Source: Stylophora pistillata | Lineage: Eukaryota | NCBI RefSeq assembly: GCF_002571385.2 | Contig: NW_019217789.1 | Location: forward strand, 740,010-804,009 | DNA: 64,000 bases | Direction of reading: 5' to 3' | Shown here: positions 35,707-48,589 of the stretch, piece after piece | Layout of the letters: each line of letters opens with the position of its first letter | How positions within the stretch are numbered: position 1 is the stretch's first letter | Notes under the pieces: generated by a model | The model's database searches: none | Told to the model about the DNA's origin: nothing | Seen by the model: the letters and a program-made list of their open reading frames with translations, nothing else | Translations under genes and position numbers: made by a program

Positions 35707-38531
35707 TCTAGATTCCCCTATTGTAGAATGGATCACTCGTACATCTGTCAATGTTTCCCTCTGTTACCCCATGACGTCTAAAGCCAAATAACTCATTGCT
35801 TAGTGGATTTCCTCGTATCACTCCACTTTTCGATCATCAATAGAATATCTCAGAGATAATATTAGATTAAACTGCTGCTACTACTTTTAGGAAATAGTAC
35901 CCTGCTCCTTTCACTAGTAGAAACTGATGTAAAATACGACGGACAAGACTAAAATCTTGTAAGTAAATGCTATTCAAATTTAACAACCACTCATGTCTTC
36001 CACCAGCCTTAAGTACAACAAATACATTTGGCCTCGCACATAGGCCACATAGACACCTACCATTCAGCGCTGAATATACTTAGTCCATTTGACTGTGAGT
36101 TTTCGTTATATATCTGACACACACACACCTTACGTCGTTCACGCATTCGTCCATTCATTCCTTCGACACTAATAGAGCTGACGAATTTTTCAACATTTTT
36201 CACGGCTTCTTTCATAACAGGGTTTTCCTTTTATTTTCATGAATGAAAAAGGGGTTCTTTTTTTAAGAGACATGTACTTTACTTTAAAGACTTAGTTTCT
36301 TCGTGAAAACAGGTGATTTTCACTTTAGGCTTCAAAAGATCTATCTTGAGCGAGAAGAAACGGAAAAAGCAACCTACTTGTCGTTCTGTCTATTTCAAAT
36401 GTCAGCAGACCTGGCTAGAAAATACGGACCCCACAAATTTCCAATCACTTAGAGCGATTTTTTTAAGAAGATATGATGCAAAAAGTTTTCCTATGACCCC
36501 AGTCGCCAGCCTTTCGGAAAGGAAATATTGTTAGATTCGTTCTGAGAGAAATATTGTTAGATTCGTTGTGAGAGAACAGCTTCAGGTATTGTATTAGAAA
36601 AATTTTGGGAGTAACCAAACCCACAAAGTAATGCAATTAACGTTCTGGCAGCCGTTACTTTTATTTTTCAATATGTATTTATTTTTTTGGCGCCTAACCC
36701 ATTTGCTTCCCTTTCAAGTAAACGGACTCATGTTCCAGTGCAAGGGTTCCTCGTCACATGACATACCTCATGAAATACGGATGGACGATATCGAACTTAA
36801 AGAAAAGATGGTGGTGACGTTCAGTCCTCAGACTTGCAAGCCAAGCATCAGAAACTGTTGCTCTGAAGCTGTGAGCAGTTTTTGAAATAACTATAAAAGA
36901 CTGAATTATGTAGCAGCCTCCTAACTTGTTATATGCTTTTCCTACAACGCTCATCAAAGGGTTGACCTATTTCTCGTTTTTCCCCATGCCTACAGATTAG
37001 ATCAAAAGCTTTTAGATTACTGTGCGAACGAGCGAGGACGAGTCTTGATTCTAACAATTTCAGCTCCAAACCATTTCTTTTCGGGCCAAGCTGCTATTTA
37101 CAAGTTACGTTATGAGGTGGCTGTGACACGTGAATGGAGAAGTGGTGTTACTTTCCAGGGTCAAAACGTCAATATCGGTCACATTTTCAAAACAGTCATG
37201 TACAATGTATAGAAAACACCAGGCGACGTGAATCTTAAATACTCCAATATCGAAAGCATAACCAGAGCAAACAGAACTATAGGGACTCTAAGATAGGAAT
37301 GAACACAACCCTTGAGTTAAATCAAATTTGCTGATTTTAGTTGACACATAGCACTATTACAAATATAAAGATCGCGTTTGCATATAATGCCTCCAAAGAA
37401 CGACTCTCTTAGATATCTGAAAATGATAAACAACAAAGCGGGTTTTTCGTTACAAAGGCGGGTACCCTTTTCTTGGTTTTACAGGGGTCTGGCCCCATTA
37501 CAAGTTTGCCTCTTCCAAGTTTCCTCGTCCTTTCAGAATGAGGACCGCCTCTAAGCGCTTTTAGTATTTGAAATTTTCTTACCAAAGAAGAGTCTTTCTC
37601 TCTGATCAAGAAACAACATATGCAGTCCAACTAAAAAATTCACGAGGGAGGCAACCTTACAAAGGGAGGAACCTTCAAGCTAATAGTTTTTCCCGCCATG
37701 AAGCACATATGTGCTTCACGTTTTGTTCGGCGGGAACCAGGACGTCCTCTTTTCGATTAGATCAACGAAATTTATTAACCAGGCCCTTTTGACTACTAGC
37801 TTGAATGCGTAGATGCTTAAGTTTCCTTTTCCTCCTCTGCACACCATTGATGTGCTCATGGCCTGTTTATTCTTTTTCTAACTATATTTTAACCCTGTGA
37901 CTGACGCAAGGTTGAATTCAACTCTTTCCACATATCCTAGAGATGATCCTAGACCCTTTTCCGAGCTCCTCTGTAAGTTCCACTGCAAGGACGTCGTAAA
38001 TCAGAAGAGGCACCGTGTAGCGCGGTAGACACCACAGTGTAGGTTTGGTGCACAGTGCAGTAGCCTCGAAAACCAAGGTTTTACGTCCGTTTAAAGAATG
38101 GCATAGGTTTTCTGGACCAGCAACAAAACAAATCATGAGTCGGTCTATTTGACGTTGGCAGACCGACATTAATTTTCATGCTATGTCGCCTAGGTTTCTC
38201 ACCTTTCTCTGTTGTTGTTGTTTTTTGATGCGCTATTGCCGATCCTTCCCAATGCGAGATGGAAACGGCCTTTCAAGGTTTATCAGGGTTGCTGTCAGAT
38301 TCTTCGAGGCGTCTTAAAAGTCTTTATAGAGTACCTGCATCGTTCTTGAGCACCCTAAAAGTTATCAGCTCGTCGCTTGCAATAGTGGCCAAGCAGGAAC
38401 ATCACTTTACAAAATCATCCCCACTGTTACAACTAACCACACCTATGACGAATTTTTGTGATGTTTTGACATACTCCTCAATTCTCTTTTCTCAAATCTT
38501 CCCTATCTGACAGATCTTTAATTTTTGGGTA

Positions 38532-38953
38532 AAGGTAACGAATCTGATCCAACCGACGCGTCGGCCGACACACTACCGACACACCACCGATGCTGTACAA
38601 ACAGCCGCTGTCAAACCTGGCTTTTCGAACCTGGTTTTTCGAAGGTTCCAACATCCCGCTGAGTACGTGGCTTCATCTAATGTTCCTGTGGGCTATCAAG
38701 GCTTCTGGAAGTAACATCGCCAGACTGACTAGCCTTTCAAAGCCTACAGTGATCCGTGCGCTGAGCGACTTACGAACGGTATGTTCGACGAAAATTATGA
38801 ACGCTGACATGAAGATCGGAGGTGTAGGAAAAACAGTGGAGATCGACGAGTCGAAGTTTGGAGCCAAGCGAAAGTACCAGCGAGGCAGAGTCTTTCTATA
38901 AGGTCCGGCCAACGTGTCGGCCGACGCGTCGGTTGGATCAGATTCGTTACCTT
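38532..38953 (+). mobile_element. Merlin (IS1595/ISXO2-like) internally deleted DNA transposon
   Basis: Perfect 40-bp TIRs (AAGGTAACGAATCTGATCCAACCGACGCGTCGGCCGACAC) around a transposase fragment FFEGSNIPL...IGGVGKTVEIDESKFGAKRKYQRGR. Confidence 0.88.
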
Positions 38954-39083
38954 AGNCTAACAATGATAATGGTGTGTCTCAACGAAGAAACCAACTTCAG
39001 CGTTCCGGCTCTATTTAAATGATAAGCTCCCTCGACAGGTTTCCTTACCGTCCACCCATCTATGAAAATCTTATGGGAGAATT

Positions 39084-39145
39084 CAACCCCGTTCCCAGGG
39101 GTCTTTCCTTAGTTGGGGGTGGAAAAGGCCCTGGAAATGAGGTTG
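39084..39145. mobile_element. Tiny MITE-like hairpin
   Basis: CAACCCCGTTCCCAGGG ... CCCTGGAAATGAGGTTG imperfect TIRs. Confidence 0.7.
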
Positions 39146-40160
39146 AGGAAAATTCATAAACTGATTCGTGAATTCTGCGTTTAATTGCACTTGAAAACCA
39201 ATTTTACGCGGAATTCTCGTGTCAGGAAATGGATTCTACTTGATTCGCATAATTGAAACGAAACGTAAACAGCAATAATGTTGTAATCTTTTTTATCCTG
39301 AGTGCGAAACAAGAGATGCGAAAAAATATTACTAGGCCTCGTTTTCAACTCCGGATTCCACGCTAAACGCCCCGCCTCATTATCCAATCAGAATGCGAGA
39401 TTTTATTCATTATACGATTGTATTACAAAGTGCGGTGGTCTGTTACTACAACGTGCGACATCTTTTCAATTACCGAGTGAGAAAGGTATACAAACTGTGA
39501 CAATTTTATAGAATGTCTGACAGTAAGTACAAAGTGCGATGATTATGCCTAAGTAGGAACGAACAGTGTATCACCTGGTGAAACTGAATGGGAAAACGGA
39601 AAAACCACTTGGGGCTACCATAACTGCTGTTCGAAGAGGGAGAGAGCGAATAGAACGGTGAGACGTTTTCTGAAAACTTTACCTATTGCAATACGTTACG
39701 AAAGCTTTCATTGTGAGCCATAAAACTATACTTTAATATGCAGTTTAATTAGAGTCATCCCATAGCCATTTATTTATTCATAATAACTTATTTTTGTAAA
39801 TGAGAAACTGCGAAGTGGGCGATTTTGTTCACGTAGAGTAAATCCCATGTTGTTCTGATCCCCTTACCCTCTGAAAATACTATGTTCAGGACTAGAATGG
39901 TCGTTTCCGCAAAGCTCTGCTAATGTTGAAAAAAGATAGTTCTTTTTCCTTCTTGCCACGAGCGTGAGACAACGAAAAAGAGTCGTCATGAAGAATAAAA
40001 TCGTAGCTCAGACTTTCGCTCTCCCTCTAAGCTACAGACTCTTCAATAAGTCGGGCCTTTCCTAGATCCGTATTTGACACGCGTCGCACATACAGGCTCT
40101 GCAACGTCGAAAGCCTCTTCTGAGTCAATTGAATAGCAAAGATCGTTCGTTTTAAGTTCG

Positions 40161-41148
40161 GGAAAAAGAGAGATCTATATAGGAGCATTTGTTCCTTTCC
40201 TTAAAGACGGTAGATACGTTTACTATAATACTATGAAAATGGCAATTGATTGTCGCAACAAGAGAGAGGACATTTTAGAGAATTATACTCTGGTGTTACA
40301 AGCTGAAGACTGCTTGGGTGAGCATTTTGTTATTGTTCAAATATACTCTTGTCAAAACGAAGATTTAGATTTGAACCTCGTGGTACCGAGATAGCAATGG
40401 GAAAATTCTTTTAACACCAGATGAATTAGGCGTTTTGTAGTTCTTAGCTCTGCCCCTTATGTACTTATTTGTACCGAATGCATTCTAGGATGTAAACCAC
40501 CTAGAAATGAACTTAAGCACCTTGTTTAACACTTCATTTCAAGGAAGTTGGTCATGCTCGTCTTTCTTTATTTATTTCAATAGTCTTCGCGCTTCCCTGT
40601 CCGGAGTTTCTGAGTATAGCCGATGTTTCCGAACATGACACAAAAACCGTTTCTATAATTACAATTCTTTCTGTCTGAATATTTTCATTTACATGCACGG
40701 AACGGTGTCATTTTCTTTTGTTAAAAATTCAACACCTTGTTGACAGTTCGTCCCCTTGGTAAATAATTTCATCCATGTTAATGTTCTGTCAGTCTTATCT
40801 TTGTTCCACTGTAAACACATCTGACAGTAAGACTGGTTTTCTAACTGACCAGGTGTCTCGTAAGTTGAGGTTAAAAGCGTTACCTACTCCACGACAGTGA
40901 TGGAAAGATTAATTTCACTGTTCCATTTGTCTCAGTCGATTGAGTTATGAGCATAATTCTCCTCATTCAGTTTCGAGCATGTTAAACTAAGAAACACCAT
41001 TAGTGTTGTTTTCAAAGTCCAGCGTCAAAATTTGTTAAAATTACAGGACAGTAGCGCACGCGCCAGTAAAGCGTTCTACAGACTGTTAAACAAGAAAATT
41101 AGACCTGCAATATTACTTGGACCTGGAAGTAAAGAAGCCTTAGAGCTC
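40161..41148 (+). pseudogene. Third, divergent GABA-B-like paralog fragment (two exons, truncated)
   Basis: 40161-40317 GKREIYIGAFVPFLKDGRYVYYNTMKMAID...ENYTLVLQAED then GTGAGC; 41047-41148 DSSARASKAFYRLLNKKIRPAILLGPGSKEALE; then breaks off. Not in the ORF track. Confidence 0.88.
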
Positions 41149-41388
41149 AAGAAATGGTTAGATATTCTTGTCTTCTCAGGATAGGGACGAATAAATGGAG
41201 GTCCCGTCTCCTGCAGGATTAAGAGTAGGAGACGTTAATTTTCCACGCACGAGATTACTGTGCGATGGATGTCCTCCCCTGGGGTGCGATGGGTGGGTTT
41301 GTTGGAGCTTAAACCTCGTAGGGGACCTATGTACTATTGTTTCTGTTCCAGTACCTTGTACAAATCCTTAAATACTCAACTACTCAAA
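41149..41388 (+). mobile_element. SINE-like 3' portion at the duplication junction
   Basis: Abruptly replaces exon sequence and ends in a short repeated tail TACTCAACTACTCAA; family assignment is from recollection only. Confidence 0.55.
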
Positions 41389-43384
41389 TATTGCCAACGG
41401 AGAGAAGGTGTGGAACAGGCAATACTATTGTAATTATCATCAAAAGACCTTTAACAGTATATTCGAATGTTACCAAGATGTAATAACTACATCAAACTGA
41501 TAAAATTCCAGACAATTAGGAGTTTCAAGGATGCTACGGACTGGTCTTTTCAAAGGTTTCCCGCTGACGCCCCAGATTAAGATTCTAGGATAATTTTTCA
41601 CAAATGATCACAATATTTTCGGCAAAAAGTCTCTTTTTTTTCCTTAGTTTTTAAATTTCAGGATCACACAAATACAAATGAGAACATGAAAATAGATGGT
41701 TACTGTTGGTAATTCTAACTTGATCCGAAAAGCCAAGCTACTTTAACCTCCTTAGCTCACCTTGCTAAAAATTTCTTTCCATGATGAAGGTAGGAAATAT
41801 GTCGTAAACGTCATTTTATTTGGCACTCTTAATTACAAGATAATTTTGAAAATGTAGTTTTTAGTGGGAAGATAAGGTCATCCTGTTTTATTTGAGATGA
41901 TTTCCTTCAGACATTCAGCCGCTTTCCAAATAGCAAGTACCACTTTCTTTTTTTTCCGGTTGGTTCTTTGTTGTGATGGTTACTCCTTTCAAACTTGACT
42001 TAGTTTTGACGAAAGGGAGATGAGGTGAAAAAGATGTTCGATCATACGGCTGTAGCTCACATGGCAATCTGTGACGTCCGCGTCATTTCCTCAGAGACGT
42101 GAACAAAGCAATTGCATTAGAGAATGCCACCAATAACATTAATGTTTCAAAGTATGTACCATCCACTTAGATCGTTCTTTTATCTCGTCTTCTTCTGGCT
42201 GAGCGCGACGGTGAGTTGACATCGACACATGCGTCAATGAAAGAGACTTCTAGTTAATTAAAAGACAATCTCATAAAACAGACTACTTGGCGCTAAGAAA
42301 TGTTGTCACAGTCGGACAAACTGAGTAGATTTCATATTCTAACAGGGTCAAAATATATTTGTATACAAATCAAGGAGGATTTTCATTTTAAAAAGGTTCA
42401 TCCTAAGAACTTTCTGGAGACACTCTGAGCCATGCAGTGTGAAGTAAAGGTGCTTGAGTAATCAGGTTTAGCTGAGTATAAAGACACATACCTAACCTAG
42501 CCTTGGACCTCAGAGTACCCGGAGAAGGCGAAGGGAAACCTACAGAATAGAAACTAAGAAAATTTTGTTCTTGTGACACACTTGCCGACGCTGTAAGAGA
42601 CATTTCTAATAACTTCGCTAGTTAATTCTGTTAATCAGAAACAGAGAGCAACATACAAAAAATGGGAAGGATACTTAGTTTCTTCTGTATCTTCCTTTTC
42701 CATCCTGCTTACTTCGAAAGTCAGAGGCGCGGAAAAGGAATGGCTCAAGTACATCTTCTTTTCCAAGTTGATGAAGACAAGTTACAGTATTTAAAAAATG
42801 CGAGTCAAACAATCCCAATGATAGGCCCTATTTTGGAGGAGATACGAAGAAAGCGATTACAAACTATTTATAATTTGACTATTAAAAGAGGTAAGGTTTT
42901 CGTATCCAAAAGAGGATCGATCACCGATCTCTGCATATTACAAAGAGCTCCAGGTAGCATATTCTAGAGGCCCATTCCAAGCATCGGACTTAAAATTTAA
43001 TTAGAAAACTCATTCTTTACGAAATGCCTCGCCGTTTCACACATGGGAAGGTAGTGTTAATTGTGTGCGCATTGTATTCTTGGGACTTCTGACTTCCTCG
43101 TCTACAAAACAAATTTCATGTCTACAAGGGACACTCTACAATGCAGATTTTTTTTTTTCAAATAGGAGTTTTATACTCAGCGTTCTTTCGAGACTTCCAG
43201 TGCGTTTTATAGACTTTCGTTTCGTGTATGTGACATAAATAACAATCAAGCAGGTAACATCTTAATTTTACACCTTCGATGGAATTAACTGTTATCTCCT
43301 TTCTCAACCGCGAAGCCAATAACACTCTGAGAAGATGGACTTTTCATCAGCATGTGAGTAGAATTCATACACTTTTAGATCAAN

Positions 43385-43710
43385 TATATGGTGCAGAGAT
43401 CTCATGTTTTGACTCAGTACTACTCGTTACCAGGTAAAGTGTTTCGCTTCATGAAGCAATCAAAAAAATATTTTTGCACCATTCTAAATAACAAAAACTG
43501 AGGAACATTAATGGTTCATACGGATGGCGAATTTTTTTTCTGATTTTTAAGTATTAATTGCAAAATGCTCTATATGGTGCAGAGATCTCATGTTTTGACT
43601 CAGTACTACTCATTACCAGGTAAAGTGTTTCGCTTCATGAAGCAATCACAAAAATATTTTCAGACCATTCTAAATAACAAAAACTGAGGAACATTAATGG
43701 TTCATACGGA
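43385..43710 (+). repeat. Local ~187-bp tandem duplication next to an N
   Basis: TATATGGTGCAGAGATCTC...GGTTCATACGGAT occurs twice; copy 1 has it once (~16960-17105). Confidence 0.8.
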
Positions 43711-44253
43711 TATCTGTTCCATAGCGGGTTGTCGCGATCTTACAAATTTAGGAACCAAGAAGTCATAATACTCACCAAGGAATAAACGATAATTTCTGCA
43801 GAATATTCATAAAATGAACCATAGGAAAGAGTTAAAGCAATACATCTCAAGCTATTTTGAGTGTAAGATTTCTTATTTTCTGTCGGCCTCAAAGATGTTT
43901 TTTTTGTCCTTTAGAAGGTTAATTCTGATTATAGAACTCAGGAAGAACTTAACGTATAGTAATCTTTTTAGCTTTTGAAGAGGTATTGGCAAATTTTATA
44001 TAAAACAAGTAAATCAATTAAATTCGAATTTGTGACCGCCTCGTCTCAGCTGGGAAAAAATATTTTTTCATTTCTTACTAACTAATTAATGAATTTATCG
44101 TTTTTATTCCAAGAGAGCTTAGGATTCTGCTGGTTTTACATAAGTCACGTAGGTGAGCAAGAGATTGCGTTTGTTTATATTTCCTGACCAAATAATTTAC
44201 GGAAGGAAACGTGAGATTAGAAAGACGAGTTTTGCAAAATGGCACTTGTATAC

Positions 44254-44702
44254 TTAAACATAACATAACATACATGTTTATTCAAACTCGTATATAAATA
44301 CATGAATTTGAAAGGGAGAGTCAAGAGGTTAACCCTATGAATAAAACTATCCTAAAAACTACAACAAGCAAAAAAAAAACATAAATTTATAGATTTAAAA
44401 AGGATTTAAGTTTACATTTAAAAAGTTCTAAGCTACCGGCTTCAACAACATTACTGGGTAAATTATTCCAATGACTAATTACATTGTTAAAAAAAGAATA
44501 TCTGAAACAGTTAATTCTAGATAATTTACAATAAAGCTTATACGAGTGATTCACCCTAGTGGGTTTGACTTTTGCGAATTCAAAAGAATTCCTCAAAATC
44601 CAAGTGTGATAAGCCAAACACGATCTTATAACATTCAACAAGACAGGAATATGTCCTACGACTGGACAAAGATGGCCAATGTAACGTGTCGCAACGCTCT
44701 TC
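44254..44702 (-). mobile_element. 5'-truncated CR1-like LINE fragment, copy 2 only
   Basis: LVECYKIVFGL, TRVNHSYKL, FRYSFFNNVISHWNNLP; AATAAA plus (TATGT)n tail; empty site at ~17680. Confidence 0.9.
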
Positions 44703-45759
44703 TTTAGTATGAAGCCGTGCATATTTGCAGATCAACAGATTCGTAAACTTCAGCGTTCTTTTGAATTTCATACTCATATATTTCGTTAAGTTTTTCAAGG
44801 TGGCTTTTGATGTAAATCCCGAAGTGTCATCACAAAGACATACTTGTCAACAAAGTCTCCGTTGGTCAACAAACATGGTTTTCTAAATTACGCAAAAAAA
44901 CCCAACTTCGTCAGACGAGTCAGATTTGAAAGCGACCGACTTGTCTCTCGGCAATTGTGGTAAAGATCGATTTTGTTCTGGAACTATTCCTATAAATGTG
45001 TGTGAAAATAATGTTTCGAACTTTTGCACGAAAATCTGCGAAATGTAAGTTTATTTGCAGTCAGAATACGTTAAACACACTCGCTGTTTTAAGAAAGAAG
45101 AAGTTTGTTCATTTCATAATTCAAAATATACCTGCGTCCTTGCACTGTTTTTTTAGTACATATCAAAGCATCTCAAAATTGGGTATTTCTCCACCGGGAC
45201 TCGTCACCATCCTTCCTGATGCAAAACGTTTTCGTATGAAAATAGTTTTTTTTTCATATAAACAATCAGTTTTGTCTCGGCTGGGATGAAACTTGATGAA
45301 CCTCGACACATCGAGTTAAAGTCTCTAAAACTGTATAATAACATTGACAGTGCTGAGATCTCAGCTGCATAACGAAGATGAAATTTACCCTGTGAAAAGA
45401 AAGCCGCTGAATTCGTCCCTCTAACAGGACTCATGTAAACACCCTTCACGGGAAAACTCTTATGAGTGTTGTTTCTCTCTTTTTCGTTCCAATCTACACT
45501 AGCGCATTGTACTATCTATTGGGGGGAAGAATGGGCAATGCTTGTATTTCCGGGGATATCATTACCACTGAGTAAACTTTAAATCCACAATCCCTAATCA
45601 GTGACCGTTTTTTCTCTTATCCATTTTTTTCGTTGATGCATATCTGGTCAATACCGGAAACAAAAAGAGGATATGAGAAAAAATCCATTGGGGTTTTAAG
45701 TGTGTTTTCGCATTTTAAGTAGCCAAATATAAATGTACCCTTATTCGTCAAGAAAGAAG

Positions 45760-46035
45760 CGCATGACCTGTGCGATACCGGTGCTGTGCTCTGCCAACTG
45801 AGCCCATCTGGAACTGGTCATTATGTTGGTTCGTATTAAACCCGTGAAGTGAATATTAAGTGAATATTAAGTAGTGTTCATTACTGCGAGGATCGCTTTG
45901 ATATTCATTTCTTAAATTGCAGTTCACATATATGATTTTCATACAGTCATAGTCATTGATTTCTCACTTGACGGGCTTATTACGAACCAACATAATGACC
46001 AGCTCCCATCACTGCGAGAATCGCTTTCACATTCA
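45760..46035. mobile_element. Duplicate of the decayed tRNA-like inverted repeat at 19930
   Basis: Colinear paralog of 19930-20200. Confidence 0.75.
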
Positions 46036-47937
46036 AAATGTTGTTTTTAAATTTTAATGATTAAAATTGGAAGTAGAAACCCTCGACGTTCGAACGGAAA
46101 AGCTTTTGAGGTAAGGTGTTAAGCAAACTATTACGCACAGCATGTGGGTTGTTTCAATTAACAGACAAAATTTAGTCCGAAAGAACAGCAACAACAAAAT
46201 ATGCAAAGTGAGAAGCGGACGCATAAATTCTGAAAGCGTAAATTATAGAACTCTTGAACGGTGGTTGAATGATGAGTCAGAGTTTATAGTAATTCCCCTT
46301 TTTTTTAATTATGTACAGCAAGACCAATGGTTACGGCCAACCGCATTAAGATTCCAAGAATGATTAGAAAATATTTTTTAGTTTGTTCAAATTAAAACTG
46401 CAGTAATTCAAAATCTTTAGCAGCTCTCGACAGTTAGATACTTTGACAGGATTTACTTAGTTTTAACCTATTTTTATTGATGGGTTGAGGTTATGTAGTC
46501 CATTCGTTGGCTTGTTTCTATTACCTTAAGCTGACTAGCCTAAAATTTGAAACAGAAAAGCCTTTGTTTTATTCCATTTGAATCGCAACGTTCAATGGAC
46601 GACATCTTTTGTAATGTAAGTACAAGTTAGGTTAATGCTAAATCAGAAGTGAGCGCATTTTTCTTTATACTTGTTGTTTATGTCTTTGGGAGGTGAGTTC
46701 GTAATGATTTAACGTGTGTTTTCCACAAAGTGGTTTTCTTTGATATACATGACTTGTTTATTCGATGTTGTTCTTCTTCATAAGCGCTTGTGTACATGAA
46801 AAATTTCTCGATACTTAAACATTTCTGGTCATATAGGGCAAACTGTCCTTGACTAATTCTTGTGAAATGGTTTGGAACACAAAAAATAACTGGCATGGCC
46901 TTACATTTAATGAAGAGTTAATGAAAATTAGTGCAGAGTACCGAAGAGAAATATGCAGTTGTACGTGTTTCCCAAGACTGAATTTATTATTATCGTGCGC
47001 CGCACTATTTAGCTACTATCACAGATCAGGTTGATTACAAACCCTCTTCCTTTTTAGTCTTGGCAAACGAAAAAACACAATTTCAACGACAAGAGTGAGT
47101 TGTGATTAACAGGATGCTTTGATTATCACTTTAAGACAATGATTGCGAAATCAGGACGTTAGTGCGAAATAAACAGCTTCATCATACAAAATATGGCACC
47201 ATAGTCATAGACCTGATTTAAAAAATTCATTTGTCCATTTGTGCGTGAGTACCTCTCAAAAATAAACAAATGAAAATCAAAATTTTACTCCTATTTAGTT
47301 TTTTCGTGAAGTTCACTCAACGTCTGATAAAGACACTCATAGTTCAATCAAAGTACTTTCAAAATATCATATTTTTTAAATAGAATTGGATCCAAACTAA
47401 ATCGAAACCCTTTGTGATAACAGGAAAGAAAGGTTAAGTAGATACACATCCACTGTGTGCGACAAATCTCACAAAGCTCTTCTGCTGGGCAAATTAAATA
47501 TGACCTTATAGGGATGAAATACCGCGTTTATGCTAATTTAAAAGAGGGACAAAGAAAGTAGCTCTCATTCGAACTTAGGCCTACATCCTACGTCACCCTT
47601 TGAACATGATTTACCATTTCCTGTAAAGTTAAAGTAAGTGCGTATCATTGAAAGGGAAAGGTCTCTGAGAGTGGCAAAATCTTTCTCACCAAGACGGAGA
47701 CAACAGAAGTAGAAGCAATGACATGAGATATGTTTAAGTACATTTTAGCGAATCAAGGATTAGTATTTTGTTAGCCCCTAATGACTTGGAAAGGTAATCG
47801 CAGTTTGTGCATAATGAGGGTCACCTAAATTATCGTGTTTAATCTGAACGTTTGTATTTCAAAAAAGGTTTGTCATGTGAGATGCCGTATTTCAGACAAC
47901 TCTCTCAAACCTCTCCTTATGGGTTCATCTTTCAGAA

Positions 47938-48589
47938 ATGAAAGAGAAAAGAAGATCAAGATTTTTCGTCTATCTTGTAATTCTGGTTCTCGACGTTTTT
48001 CCCCATCCGCATCTCGAAACAAACTCGGAACTACTTTGTTGCGAGAAATTAACCAACAAAAGTGATTTTCGCTGCTGGAATGAAACATTAGAGATGAAGA
48101 CCACAACGAATACGACAGCAACTGGTCAGTGTGTACTAGGAATGTCGAAGAAAACATGTTTTAATGCAACTTTGTTGGGGCCATGCTGGAAAATTCCAAA
48201 GNNNNNNNNNNNNNNNNNNNNNNNNNNNNNNNNNNNNNNNNNNNNNNNNNNNNNNNNNNNNNNNNNNNNNNNNNNNNNNNNNNNNNNNNNNNNNNNNNNN
48301 NNNNNNNNNNNNNNNNNNNNNNNNNNNNNNNNNNNNNNNNNNNNNNNNNNNNNNNNNNNNNNNNNNNNNNNNNNNNNNNNNNNNNNNNNNNNNNNNNNNN
48401 NNNNNNNNNNNNNCGAGCATCGTAGCTCCAGGAAAAAGAGAAATACATATAGGGGCATTTGTTCCTTTCCTAAAGGATGATAGATACGGTTACTACAATG
48501 CTATGAAAATGGCCATCGATATCATTAACAACAGGACTGATGTATTGCAAAACTATACATTGGTGTTGGACGTGCAGGATACTGCTTCG
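47938..48589 (+). CDS. Copy 2 exon 1
   Basis: Matches copy 1 exon 1; the 212-N gap corresponds to ~1 base. Confidence 0.85.

Larger units (their letters stand above)
13889..41388 (+). repeat. Tandem segmental duplication, copy 1
   Basis: Starts TATTGCCAACGGAGA, as does 41389; colinear high similarity with 41389-64000 seen up to ~39040. The 39040-41388 part is inferred to belong to the unit. Confidence 0.9.

Noticed and set aside
38590-38901. Bacterial IS1595 contamination or horizontal transfer
   Set aside because: Merlin is the native eukaryotic branch of this family, and the flanks are colinear with the host duplication.
48202-48413. Insertion or intron in exon 1 of copy 2
   Set aside because: The flanks match copy 1 with about one base missing; this is a gap-size artefact.
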